Assembly: GCA_051294375.1 (NCBI GenBank)
Contig: CM119266.1
Coordinates: forward strand, 8,803,339-8,867,338
Direction: 5' to 3'
DNA: 64,000 nt
Source: Paraspadella gotoi
Lineage: Eukaryota > Animalia > Chaetognatha
Below are positions 13,929 to 26,308 of the stretch, in pieces (position 1 is the first letter of the stretch; each line of letters starts with the position of its first letter). A model generated the notes under the pieces. It searched no databases. It was not told the DNA's origin and was given only the letters and a program-made list of their open reading frames with translations. A program made the position numbers and the translations under genes.

Positions 13929-13969
<41 letters not shown>

Positions 13970-14175
13970 CTCTGTCTCTTTTTTTTTTTCTTCTCGTCGT
14001 CTTCTTTCTCTCACCTCTCTCTCTGTCTCTCCTTCCTCTCTCTCTCCTCTTTCTCTTCCTCTACTCTCTCTCTCTCTCTCCTCTACTCTCTCTTTCACTC
14101 TCTCTCCTCTCTCTCTCTCTTTTTCTCTCTCTTTCTCTCTCTCTCTCTCTCTTCTCCTCTCTCCTCTCGTCTCCT

Positions 14176-14210
<35 letters not shown>

Positions 14211-14315
14211 TCTCTCGTCTTCTTCTCCCTCCCTTCTCTCTCTCTTCTCACTCTCTCTCTCTCTCTCTTCTTCTTCTCTCTTCGTCTCTCTCTTTCTTCA
14301 CTCTCTCGCCTACTC

Positions 14316-14346
<31 letters not shown>

Positions 14347-14539
14347 CTTCCTCTCTCTCTCTCTCACCTCTCTCTCTCTCTCTCTCTCTCTTTACTTCTC
14401 TACTCTTCTCTTCTCTTCTTTTTTTTTTTTTTCTCTCTCTTTCTCTCTCTCTCCCTCTCTCTCTCTTTCACTTCTCCCTCTCTCTCTCTGCTTTCACTCT
14501 CTCTCTCTCTCCCTCTCTCTCCTTTCACTCGCTCTCCTC

Positions 14540-14576
<37 letters not shown>

Positions 14577-14729
14577 CTCCTTCTCTCTCTCCTCTCCTCT
14601 CTCTCTCTCTCCCCCTCTCTTCTCTTCCTCTCCTCTCTCTTCTCTCTCTCTCTCTCTCTCTTTCCTCTCTCTCCTCTCTCTTCTCCTCTCTCTCTCTTCG
14701 TCTCTCTCTCTCTCATCTCTTTCCCTCTC

Positions 14730-14765
<36 letters not shown>

Positions 14766-14801
14766 CTCACTCTTCACTCTCTCCCTCTCTGTCTCCTCTC
14801 T

Positions 14802-14844
<43 letters not shown>

Positions 14845-15311
14845 CCTCTCTGTCTCACTTTTCTCTCCATGATGGCGGTGATGAGTTCTCCGATTCCGTT
14901 GACGCAGGCTGTCGCCGGTTGCGCCGTCTTCACGGCGTAAAGAAAATGTTTTCTGAAACAAATGGGAAAAGAAATCAAACAAGGCTGCCATCTTCAAACA
15001 TACTAAATACATAAAAAAAACAGATATTTAAAAAGAACTAAGATTTTATACGAATTCATTTTTTTTACCACATTTCTTTACGACATTTAGATTTTTCTAT
15101 GGATGTCATTTGTGTTTAATTATTTAGTTTTCAATATCAAAATGTCACCGTCCAAAATTGGTGATACCTCACAATATTATAAACCCACGCGACACCGTCA
15201 ACGTTTAACGTCTCACGCGACGAGTCAAAAAAAAACCGAGTGCGGGGAAATGAGGCGAAAAATCGAGAATGACTCTCTCTCTCGCTCCGATGCTTCTCTC
15301 TCTCTTCTTCT

Positions 15312-15375
<64 letters not shown>

Positions 15376-18300
15376 GTTCTTTTCGTTCGAATGCTCTTTT
15401 GTTTATTGTCTCTTCTCCCGTCTAACCTCTCTCTCTATTTTGTGCCATGGATTTTTTCCGACGAACGGACGCCATCTTTCTTTTCTCATCGATTTCATTT
15501 TTAAATCAAGCAAAAAAATAAACAATGGACGACGTTTCACTTCTTAAAAACCATTTGCGTCGGGGTTTAATGGACTTTAGTTCGATTAAATCCTTTTAAT
15601 TAAATTTATTCTTAATTATCAAATATCTAATAAAGCCTGTTTAAGATTTTATCCTTATTCGTAATCTAAATTCCTACTATCTAGGAATAAAGTTTATCCA
15701 CCTAATTGTTGAAAAGTTCATTTATTCAATAAAAAATATATAAAACATGCGTTAAAGCATTTTTCAATATTTAGTATACCCTCCCTCGGCATCAAACTAC
15801 TGCCCGCATTTGTTTAGGCATGCACTCGTACAGCAAATTGAGGCATAACAGTGAAATGTTTTTCCAATCTTTAACGCAATTCTTTTAGCCTGATATTAGA
15901 CTTGCGCGTCTTTCCTTCTTTTCTTATAGCCTATAATGGAACTTTTTTAAACAAAAAAAAGTGCAATGCTTTTAGATTAGCCAAAATTAAAATAAATTTT
16001 AAAAATAGTAATTCTATTTGAAATAAAAACACAAATAACTAAATACTAAAAATGGTTGAAAACTAAATATGTTTTTTTCGGCAATATATAGATTATTATT
16101 TGTAAACAGCCTATTTTCTATTTAAAGTAGCAATCTTTTTTGCCTTAACTTCTAAACGATTTGACCTACGAAAAAACAAAGGAAATTACTGAAAAAAATT
16201 AATGTAGATTCGAAAATATTTATAGATTTTTTTAAATAAACAAGTTTTTGAGTAGATTTCCTCTACTAAAAAATGTTGATATTACTTTTCCTAGATAGTT
16301 AAAGATAAAAAACTTATATTTTCTATGTTAGGAACAAACAAATGAACAATTAAGAGAGAGAGAGAAGAAGATGAGAGACGAGAGAGAAGACGAGACGAGA
16401 GAGAGAGGAGAAGAGGAGAGACGAGGAGAAGATGAGAAGAGAGATGAGAGAGAGAGAGAGAGAGAGAGACGAGAGAGAGAGAGAAACAAAATAGCAACGA
16501 TCCTCGCGACCAATTTGTTTTTTACCCTTTGCCGACAGAGGCGATCTGTAGCAAAAGACTCGTTCGTCTTCGGCGTGCGTGGACAAACAAAAGCCACTGT
16601 CTCCATTCGATGAGGAATTCTGTCGTCTTTGTTCTTCTCGTCTAGAACTCTTTAGTTGAAGGGGAGGGTACAGGGAGGTGGAAGGGTTAGGGGTGGGGAG
16701 GCAGAGGGCGTTGGGCGGCGGCAGTTGAATTCAGATTAAATAAATCTAAATTAAAAAAAAATCCAAGATTTACACGATAAATTATCTCTCGTATGTTATC
16801 CAAATATAGGTAATTAATCTATATGTCGTTTCAATTATGTTCTGTAATCTTTATTACGTTAAGGAATGATTAATTTATTCATAAATTTAAAATTAGGTTT
16901 CCGCATGCCTTTTGTTTCTCATCCGATTTTCAGCGGCGCAACTGCGCCTGCGCGATTTTCCGCCAGAAAAAACTAATCCATTCCCGTTATTCTCGAGTTC
17001 GCGGGAAAAACTCGGGGCAAAGGCGACGTCACTCGCGGCGGAAATTTCTACTTTTCTCATTTCCCCTTCGTACCTTTTCTTCTCTTTTCGGCGTAGAGTC
17101 TTTTTTTCTGACTCCTTTACTCCTCTCTTGTCTTTTCTTGTCTCAATTTCTCCATCATTCCTATCTTCTTAACTCTTCTTTACTTCACTTTTTTTTAGCA
17201 TTCATCCTCCTCTTCCCATCTTTGATTTTCAATTATTAACTATCTCTTTTCTTCTCTCAATTCTCCTTTTCTTCTCTTTCTCTTTTTCTTTACTCACCTT
17301 TCCCTCTCTTTCTCACCTCCAATTTTCTTCATTTCTTTTTCTTTTCTTTCCTTCTCTTTCCTCACCTTCACTTTTCTTCATTTCTTTCTTTATTCTTTCC
17401 TTCTTTTCCCTAACCTCCAATTTTCTTTTATCTTTCTCTCTCCTTTCCTACTCTTTCCTCACCTTCACTTTTCTTCATTTCTTTCTTTCTCTTTTCCTCT
17501 TTGCTCTACTTTCACCTCGTTCCTCCCTCGGGATTCCACACCCGAGGCTGAGCTTATTATTATCCTTGATACTTTGCCTCGCCATTCCCCGACACACCTT
17601 ATTCCTTATGGTATAAGTATTACAAGAGTAAGGCTAAAGAAATAATGATTTTTCTAAAACAATTTTTGATAGAGTTTTTTTCAAGTTTGACTGAAGTTCT
17701 AGTCTCAAGGTCTGAAGGAGAGACTGATTTTTTTACTCACGATTTTTTTTTAAATAAAAGAATAAAATTTAATAACAAAATATCGACTTATTACATTTTA
17801 TTATTTATAATTCGTTTTCTTTTTAACTTTAATAATTATCACTAATATTTGTTATTTTATTACAATCTTAATATTTTGAAAACGTTAGTATTTTGTTTCC
17901 TTTTTTTTTGTCGCTAACTGACATCAGAAGATGTCTCTAACTATGGTCGGACAAACCGTAAGTAAAAACGATGTGAATGACGGAAAAAGGGGAATATATA
18001 TTATCTATAGCACGACTAAAATCGTGGTGAAAAAAAAAGGGTAACAAAAGCTGAACGGGACGGTGAAGAGAGAAAAGAGAGAAAAGAGCGTGAATGAAAA
18101 ACCTAAACCTGGAACTCGAGCCTGGATCTCCGGGCGGAGGGGGAAGAGGATGAAGAGAAATGATAGGAAACGGTGCATGCTGCGAAACCACTAGCGGTTC
18201 TTTCTGGATGTTATTCCGACCACTTCCTTACCCACCCAACCCACCTACCCACTTCCAACCCCCTTCTCCCTCCACCCTGTCCTCCTCCCCCAAAAAAAAA

Positions 18301-19545
18301 ACCCATCAATCCGTGTTCGAAACGTGAGATTAATGACGATTCCTCTTCTTTGTGCTGCCTTTCGCTTGGATCCACTGACGCGTTGGCCGCCGACTCGTTT
18401 GAGCGAATTCAGCGTCTGTTGACAACATCTCGTCGCCATGGGTGAATGAAGCCACTTTCCGCGATACCGACCAGTTTGGCCTGGGAATGATTAAAAAGGG
18501 GGGGGTAAGTGAGGGGGTGGAAGGGAATGGGGGGGCAGGGGTGTAAAGGGAATGGGGCAGGGGTGAGGCAAAAGAGTCTGTGAGTTTTGTTTGTATTGTA
18601 GTTTCAGGATTATATTTAACTTCTGGTAAGATTTCCTGTTTTTATACTATGAATTCTATCCTTTTTTCGTTCGTTGCTTGACTAGAAAAATTAGACTATT
18701 TTTTCCATGATTGCTTTTTTGAATATTTGTAATAACGAATTAAATGATAAAATTAATAAAAATATTATGATAGCAAGAGACACAAAAACAATTAAAATTG
18801 AAAATGTTTAAATGTGTTAAGGATACTCTTGATGTAGAATAAAAATCGAATTGTAACGCCACCTATGGTTATTCAATTCTTTAATTTATAATTTTGACGT
18901 GAGTACTAAGTTAGGGTCAACATTCGACAAACCCGAGTCACACACAGGCCGGTGTCATGGTCATTATCCCACTGTGATAGAGCAGAACAAACTAGATTTG
19001 GAATGTAAAACATTTTTCTAAATGATAAAAAATTACGAAAAAAAAAATGAGAAAATGAGAAAAATATCAAAATTTTACTTGCTTTAAATCTTCCTTTTAT
19101 TTTTCATTTCTTTATATTTAAAAATATTCCTACTTTTTTTTTTTCCTCCTTTTCAAAAATCCCCAGGTTCATAACCACATAACAACACTTTATCAGTTTA
19201 AACTTTTGAGTTTTCTTGACTTTTTATAGACTTAAAGGAAAATGACGGAGAAGAAATGAATTTTTTTTTTTTTGCGCTAATGGAAGATTTGACATGGAAC
19301 AAGGGACCCTTTCTCCGGGGTCTCTCTCTCTCTTTTCTCTCTCTCTCTCTCTCCCCTTCCCTCTCTCTCTCTCTCCCACTCAAATCTTGCTCTCCTTCCG
19401 TTGTTGCACGTTTTTTCAAGTTTCCATTTAATCCATTGTAATTTTCATATCAATTTATTTAGTAGAAAGCCTATAAAATGTTTTTTCAAACCATTTATTT
19501 TATGTCGTTTCATCAAATTGAAGAGAAAGAACACAAAACATTCAG

Positions 19546-19614
<69 letters not shown>

Positions 19615-22301
19615 TCTTACTTCCTTAACCTCTTTCTCAACTATCTTGCTCGGCACGTATCTGTTTTTAGACACTGGTCGCCGCGAGCGGTGGAAGGTTG
19701 GTTCGACCCCGCCGCTGGTCACCGGGCGAGAAAGGTCGAGAGTGGTGAGCGTTCGTGATGGTGGTTTGGTGGTCGAAGGAAGGTGGTGGCCGGGCAATGG
19801 AGTGAAACGCGCCAACCGGTACAAAACACGAAAACAGCAAAACGATGCACGGCAGCGAAACTGCGCCAAGCAGCAAAGCAGCGGCAGAGCAGCGTTTGAC
19901 TTCTATACTCATTCCTTTACTAATAGTCTCATACAATGTACATTATGATGATGGCTAAATAGAAACATGAGTAAAAGCAAAAAAATATTTCGATTAATTT
20001 CCAAAGATTCCTCACTCTCCGCCAGATGAGACTTATTACTAGTGATTCCAGATTCCAGATTCACGCTTTAAAAATGAATCATTTTCCCGCCGAAGATTTC
20101 ACTCAGATATTCTTGGCTTTGAGGGGGTTCCTCCTAAATCCGACCTGTCCATAAAGATCCTTTTTTTCTCGCAGTTAAACACAGAAGTTCGGGTGTTTTT
20201 CTTCCAGCTGCAGAAACAACCGAGATCGATTCTTTGAGGTGAGTTAAAAAAACGGGTGAGTTTAAAAAACAAGCGGGACGGTAAGGAAAATGGGTTTGGG
20301 AAGGAAAGACATGCAAGACATGCAAGACAGACTCTGACAGGAACCTGACCAGTTGACGAAGACATTGCGATGAGATCGTTTTATTTCGGTAGCGATTCCG
20401 AGGAGGAGCTGGAGTCATTTTACGAATTTCCTCTGACGGACAGTAATGGCAGATGCTGTTGTTAAGGTATTATTAAACCAACACAATGCTCACAGGTATG
20501 CTATCTTTTGAATCGATAACAATCCTGAATGATAGATGCCGTAGACAAGGTGTACCGTGAATGTATACATAAACTTTTACCCCGCTCGAAGCCGAAGCCA
20601 TGAGTAAGACTTTTTCATTGCAAAGTTGGCACTGTCGAGCAAAGATTACCATATGGTATCATGGCCGCGTTATTTAACGCTGTACTAAAAAGATGGAACT
20701 CCAGTCGCCGATTAATGTCAGTCCGTCCCTCCGCCCCCGTTCCGTCCGTCGGTCCATCCTGGGCGATGACGAGGTGGAAAGGAAATAAGGAAGCGAGAAC
20801 CAGGTCGGTGATTACGCCCCCCCCACCCTCTTCCCTCTTTTTCTCAAGCGCCGAGTGGAAGGAAGATAAAGAGATTAAGTTAAAATCTCGTGAGCTCTCA
20901 ATCCAATTAGCTTTTTCTCCCCCTCATCCCCCCATTTTCTTTTTTTTTTTTAATCTGTACTCTTCAGATTTACAATGTAGTCCAGAGACGGGATCTTCTC
21001 TCTCTTTTTTTTTTCTCCTTAATTTCCTCCGAGGACCGAGACATCGAATGAGCCTTGATTAAAAATGCTTAATTGATTATGAATGTAATTCGCTTTTATA
21101 TAAATTTTTCTCACGCATTTTGACCTACCCTTTTCAATACGACCGTATTTGAGAAAGCAAGATGTAACTTTGAATTTAATTAGTTTTGAAAATTGATCCG
21201 TTTCAGCGTCATATTATTGCGTTTTAGAATAATCGTAATTAATGAACTGAGCATTTATTATTTTCTCATTTCATGTTTTCCCCTTTTTCCCCCTTCATTA
21301 ATAAATTAGTTAATTAATTTATCGATTTATTCTTTAATTTCTTATCCACGATTCTTTTTCCCCCGAAGATTAAATCAAGACATTTTTCTTTACCTTCATC
21401 AAGATCATTTATTATCTCCTTTTCAAAAACTAACTAACGACTATTAAATCTTATATTAATCTTCACGATTCACATCCTCACAGAATTAAAAAGAGATGAA
21501 AAAAAAAGGACCGACCGACCATAGATTAAAACCGTCGCGTGCGTAAAAAGTAAAAAAATAAAGATTTAATGAAACGAATTTAATTAACTTTAACTGAACG
21601 AATTAAAAAACCAAACCGACAAATATAATTTTTTTGAAAATGACTAATTATAATTAATCGACGGAAAGGCAGACAGACAAATAAAGATTAAAGAATAAAG
21701 ATTAAACTAAATTAGGAATTTAATTAATTTTTAGGTTTGAAAAATAGGGTTAGGGTCAGGGATTACGTAAGGGATAAGGTTAGGGATTACGATTAGGGAT
21801 CACGTCGGTCATTATGGTATTTGTTAAGGATTAAGGTCATGGGATTTATAAATTAGGGTTAGAATAGGGGTTAGAATAGGGGTCAAAATATGGTTAGAAT
21901 AGAAGTTAGAATAGGGTTAGGATTAGGGTTAATGGATTTATGGGATTTATGGGATTTATTGGTTAGAGTTAGAAATTATAGATTAAGGTTATAGGTTAAG
22001 GATTTGAGCTAATTATTCGAGTTAAAGATTGGGTATTAGATTAGAGTTAAAGATTGTGTTAAAATTAAGTTCAGGGATTAAAAAAATAGAGAAATAGAGC
22101 GCTTTATGAAAAGAGAGCCCTCCTGATCCTAATGGTCTTCTTTAAAGTTTTCTCCATAAATTTTCTAAATTTAATTCCGAAAACGAACTTACCCATCCTC
22201 CGGAGAAAACCTGACCCGTTTACCTTAAAGTTGATCCCGGGGCCCATAAATTTCTGATGCTCTTTTCTCGTCGTCGTCATCGTCGTCGTCGTCGCCGCCA
22301 T
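6215..22301 (-). CDS. Disabled(Dab)-like adaptor protein with two tandem PTB/PID domains, about 520 aa, 11 coding exons
   Basis: Exons (minus): 22301-22224, 18480-~18303, ~16647-16526, 14952-14859, 13902-13716, 13482-13438, 12563-12454, 12109-11975, 11584-11360, 11061-10818, 6387-6215. GT-AG junctions; phases are consistent for exon 1 and exons 4-11. PTB1: KFMGPGINFK-AKLVG..GDEMCQQTLNSLKR..IVINLTF..-LDEK..HRMETVAFVCP..EDERVFCY..GKG-KHFLYAVKTAQPA. PTB2: YGLEFRAK-LVGAEDL..GDKMKMCEDALERLK..KEHKTRITVDVALEGIRVMEEKS..HKVHQLVFIAFDVK-EPRGCGYIAETEGKYLFLGLK. Both resemble the Dab1 PTB ([45 protein letters not shown]). Exons 2-3 need several single-base indel corrections. Confidence 0.85.
6475..6775. 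mobile_element. Short Helentron-associated (HINE/DINE-1-like) interspersed element
   Basis: (GACC/GACG)n core at 6673-6724, perfect 16-bp palindrome CCGCGAGTACTCGCGG at 6748-6763 next to an A-run, and inverted motif TTGCGCCGC (6506) / GCGGCGCAA (6760). A related copy lies at about 40510-40826. Confidence 0.5.
7359..10474. mobile_element. TTAA-flanked Kolobok-like non-autonomous DNA transposon (composite, 3.1 kb) in Dab-like intron 10
   Basis: TTAA(7355-58)-GGAAACCCAGTGAT ... ATCACTGGGTCCCC-TTAA(10475-78). Both ends match the ends of the 39144-40051 element. No transposase ORF seen. Confidence 0.6.
7620..8590. repeat. Degenerate (ACG/AAC/GAA)n low-complexity tract
   Basis: About 1 kb of A/C-skewed trinucleotide-derived sequence, interrupted by AG/CT runs. 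Confidence 0.85.
10818..12109 (-). CDS. Dab-like gene exons 8-10 (second PTB domain)
   Basis: 12109-11975 (45 codons), 11584-11360 (75 codons), 11061-10818 (81 codons + 1 nt); open and in phase, with canonical splice sites. Confidence 0.9.
12454..13902 (-). CDS. Dab-like gene exons 5-7 (Thr/Ser/acidic low-complexity linker)
   Basis: 13902-13716 (MELSSNLL..poly-T..poly-S), 13482-13438 (ESDSDEDLSKPPEEE), 12563-12454 (DSHSEDEAPTA..GESR); phases 0-1-1-0 are consistent. Confidence 0.75.
13935..14850. repeat. Long imperfect (CT)n microsatellite, about 0.9 kb
   Basis: Nearly pure pyrimidine CT repeat filling Dab-like intron 4. Confidence 0.95.
14859..14952 (-). CDS. Dab-like gene exon 4 (end of PTB1: KHFLYAVKTAQPATACVNGIGELITAIMERK)
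   Basis: Acceptor TTTCAG, donor GTGAGA; matches Dab [23 protein letters not shown]. Confidence 0.85.
16526..16647 (-). CDS. Dab-like gene exon 3 (PTB1, with apparent sequencing indels)
   Basis: LDEK, HRMETVAFVCP, AEDERVFCY, IASVGK in shifting frames; donor GG|GTAAAA is phase 2 and joins exon 4. Confidence 0.7.
18303..18480 (-). CDS. Dab-like gene exon 2 (PTB1, with apparent sequencing indels)
   Basis: Acceptor TTCCCAG then GCC AAA CTG GTC GGT (AKLVG); GDEM, CQQTLNSLKRV and IVINLTF appear in shifting frames. Confidence 0.7.
21745..22120. mobile_element. Telomere-like (TTAGGG-degenerate) repeat ending in the TIR of the MITE-like family
   Basis: Degenerate GGGTTA/GGTTAGAATAG repeats, then AAATAGAGCGCTTTATGAAAAGAGAGCCC (22092-22120), whose reverse complement resembles the 43935 terminus. 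Confidence 0.5.
22224..22301 (-). CDS. Dab-like gene exon 1 (MAATTTTMTTTRKEHQKFMGPGINFK)
   Basis: ATG at 22301, 26 codons, donor GTAAAC; matches the start of the Dab PTB (RFKGEGVRYK). Confidence 0.75.
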
Positions 22302-22792
22302 TTTTCTTTTCAATGAGAGGTTTTTATTTTTTTTAATTAACTCCGTTGTTTAAAAGTTTTTAACAAAACAAAAGTGAGATTAAAGTAATTAATTAAAGTG
22401 CTACGTTCGTCGTTTTCGTCGTAACTTATCAACGCCCTCTCTTTATCTTTTTATTTAATTTTAATCTCTCTCGTTCTTTAGCCTTTATCGATGTTGAAGA
22501 TAATGGATAATTTGAAAGTTAATCTTACTTTTTTATTTAAGGATCGAATCTTGAAGATTTAACTATTCGTTATCTCAGATTTTGACTTGTTTCTTACAAG
22601 GTGATCTTAAAATTTGGTTTTGAATGTCCACTGATTAAGTTTGCTTTCTCGCGATATATAAAATTATCGAAGCTCCAATAGTGATTTTCTAATGAGGCGA
22701 AATACCAAGGCTTTACCAAAGTGCTTTCTTATGTTCTTAAATTTCTTTTTTTTTTTTTGGCTAAACCTAAACGAGTTATCCGGTGAGTCAGT

Positions 22793-22828
<36 letters not shown>

Positions 22829-23099
22829 AGACAGACAGAACAGAACGGACAGACAGAGGGATAGAGAGAGAATCATCATCTTCAAGCTTCTTTTATCTTA
22901 ATTGTTTGACTATCCTTAATGTTTCTCTTCTCTCTACGAGATAGAAATTTTCGTGATGAAGAAAACAAATAATAAAAAAAAAAGAGAAAAAACAATGATG
23001 TCAGAGTTTCTTCTGACTCGAGAGAGTCAGGCCTCACGTTCGTAAATCAAACTCCCTTCGGCGTTTGTGACAAAAAACAATTAGAAGAGGCGCTGGCGG

Positions 23100-23131
<32 letters not shown>

Positions 23132-23153
23132 TCTCTCTCTCTCTCTCTCTCTC

Positions 23154-23191
<38 letters not shown>

Positions 23192-23455
23192 TTCATTCTA
23201 ACGGATTCGCCGAAGAGGAAATGCTTTATGGCGAAGGAGGTCTAAGTCGCATGGGGATGACATGGGGATGACATGGGACATGAGGTTGTTGTGGAATTAC
23301 CATGGAAACGAGCGGTGGAACCCCGGGAACGACAACGATGACAAAACTAACAATTACCACAACAACAACAACAAAAGTTGGTTGCGTCGCTACTGCAATC
23401 GAACTCAGTGAAAAACCGGGAAGCAATGAAAGCCTTGATGATTTGTTTTAGGTTT

Positions 23456-23487
<32 letters not shown>

Positions 23488-23518
23488 ATCTTTCTTTTTC
23501 TTTCTTTCTTTCTTTCTT

Positions 23519-23563
<45 letters not shown>

Positions 23564-24677
23564 TCTCTCTCTCTCCCTCTCTTCTCTCTCTCTCCATTTA
23601 AAAAACACAAACACGATTCAACCCAAAAAAAACAAAAGGACGCCCTCCCGACGCGACACATTCTCCGTCGTTTCGCTTCGCCATTCTTATCTTTTCAGGT
23701 CTTTTAAAGAGAGACTTTATGCTTAATGGAGGAGTTGAAAAGAGGCCATGATTTTCTCGCCTAATGGGGGTCGGGGGCAGTTTATCCCTTTTTTTTTTCT
23801 TTTCGGTCAAGAGATGTTCCCTCTTCAAGGGCAAGCGAATGAAGGGAGGATAGGGGGAGGATAGAAGGAGGATAGAGAGGGTGTGACGGTCCTCAGCCTT
23901 GTCTCATATCTCTTCGTATAAACTGTGCGTCCCGGGTTCAATCCCTGGGTATCCCAGTTCTGACTAAACGTGACTGGATCGTTTTAAACATTCCATTGAC
24001 AGGAGGCGGTCACTGTGGGTCCACACTCGCTGTGTTGAGATACCCCGCGCACTGGGTATCACCGTCAATCCCACCTTTGCCATAAGGAAAATGAAAGGGA
24101 GACAAAGCGAAATATTAGACTAAAATGAGAGATTGTAATTGTGAATTTAATAGACGTTATGGTCGTTGTTCTTCATTACCAAAAAATGCCAGTAATTATG
24201 CTCACGAAATGTGTATAAATAAAGGCGATGAGGAGGAGGGGCTTCGCCTCCTGCATCTTCTTCCTCCCCATTCCTCTTCCTCACGGGGCTCGTTGATTTT
24301 CACGATTTCACTTTTTCACCTTTCTCCCATTGTTCTTACATTTTGCTGATTACTGGACGCCTCTCTCTCAATAAACGCTTTACCTTTTATTTCCCGTTCT
24401 ATTATTTCACGAGGATACTTATTCCAAGGAAAGGTACTATAACATCACAAAATATAATATTTTGTAATATCTATAGATGCAGAGCGAGACAAATACGTAA
24501 AGCAACGCAGTGTGAAGTCAAAAGAAGGAAACTGGCGCAGTGAGATAAATGACAGGAAAGAAAAATCAGACAAGAAATCCATGGCGAAAAAAAAGAAAGA
24601 AAAAATTAGGAAAATGAAGAAATTGGGAGAAATAAAAAGGAAGAGAAAAGGAGAAAAGAAAAAGAATAGTAAAAGAA

Positions 24678-24725
<48 letters not shown>

Positions 24726-25434
24726 ACAGAAAGAACAGAAAGAACAGAAAGAACAGAAACCAACCTAAAAAAATATTAAAAGAATGATAAAAAGAAACGG
24801 AAAAGTAGATTAACCAAAAAAACAATTAAAAAAGAATAAAAACCAAAGTGGAAAAATAAGAGAGAGAATGTAAGAAATAAAAATAAGAAAAAGACGTTTA
24901 AAAAAAAAAAAGGAAAAAAAAAAAAAAAAGAAGAAAAGGCGAAGCAACAATTCATCTTCGCTGCGTCACGAGCAGATCTCCTTTTTTTGGAGGAAAGCAA
25001 ATTGAGGTGATCGTGGTGGGCGGAGGAGGAGGAGGAGGAGGAGGAGGAGGAGGAGGAGGAGGAGGGGATTGGAGGGAGTGGAGGGGTGTGGAGGGTGAAG
25101 CCGAAGACGATAGGAAAGTCGTAGGTCGACCAACCACTTGTGTTTATAGAAATGTTTGGGAAGATACTACACTTACTACAGTATGTCGTTTTAATCCCCA
25201 AATAATGTAGAGAATGATAAAATAACCAATGAATGGTAAATAATGAATAATAAATAATAAATGAAGTTCTTTTACGACGATCCAATTCCGGATGCCGAGA
25301 ACGAGAACGGTTTCAACAAGCGAGGGTAGAGAAGCTATATTTCCCTATCATGTGGTTCAGAGTCTTCCATCTCTCTCTCTCTTTCTCTCTCTCTCCTGTC
25401 CTCTCTCTTCTCTCTCTCTCTCTCTCCTCTCTCT

Positions 25435-25487
<53 letters not shown>

Positions 25488-25998
25488 TATTAATCCTCAA
25501 TTTTTTCCCGCGATTTTTTCATTCTCGGATCGAGGTCGACTCCATATGAGAAAGATCCCTGGTCCCTCTGAAGGGCGAAGACCGAAACTCGGCTCGCGGT
25601 TCGAACAAAAGGTCAAGGGCCATGGTCGAGAGAAGAGAGAGGAGGAGAGAGAGGAGAGGAGGAAGGAGAGAGAGAGAGAGAGAGGAGAGAGAGAAGAGGG
25701 AGAGAAGAGAGAGAAGGAGGGAAAAGCAGCTTGTGGAAGTGTGGAGGAGGAAAGAGGGAGAGAATAAAACCAAAAACTATGGGAAAGGGAAAAGCGGAAA
25801 AGAAAAATTTTCGGGAAAAAAATTAGCCTCTATATCGTTTTTGCTTCTTCCTTTCTTTATTTATTTCTTTTTCTTTTTCTCTTTTACTTCATTTCTTATT
25901 TTTCTCTTCTTTTTGTCCTTCGTACCAAGTTATTCTATCGAAATAATCCAATTCGTTATAAAGAACCAAATCATCGACACAAACTAAATATTTTTCAC

Positions 25999-26154
25999 TG
26001 ACGTCAACTTGGATGCGCAAATCGATTGACGTCAACGAAAGATTGACGTAAAAGTGACGTGTGGTCGTATGATGTGCGTCAAAGTGGCTCTCACTGATGA
26101 GACAATATTTATTGATTAATATGTCAACTGATCGGATTTTTTTGCACTGACGCA
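25999..26154. promoter_or_regulatory. Cluster of CRE/ATF-type sites
   Basis: TGACGTCA at 25999 and 26027; TGACGTAA 26044, TGACGTGT 26055, TGCGTCA 26075, TGACGCA 26148. Confidence 0.4.
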
Positions 26155-26248
26155 TGAAGCACAAGAACAGAACATTGTAAATATGTGTTGGATAGAGAAC
26201 ATATTACGAAAAAATAAAAGAACGCGTAGGCTCTGGGTGTCAGCGTGA

Positions 26249-26308
<60 letters not shown>

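Noticed and set aside
13772-14940. 366-aa and 342-aa Leu/Ser ORFs
   Set aside because: Pure (CT)n microsatellite read-through, antisense to real exons.
19640-19900. GC-rich intronic patch open in several frames
   Set aside because: No recognisable domain and no consistent splice phase with the Dab-like gene.
23880-24080. tRNA/SINE-like B-box GGTTCAATCCC (similar motifs near 30880 and 41197)
   Set aside because: No cloverleaf or clear A-box could be folded; at most decayed SINE heads. Not called as tRNA.
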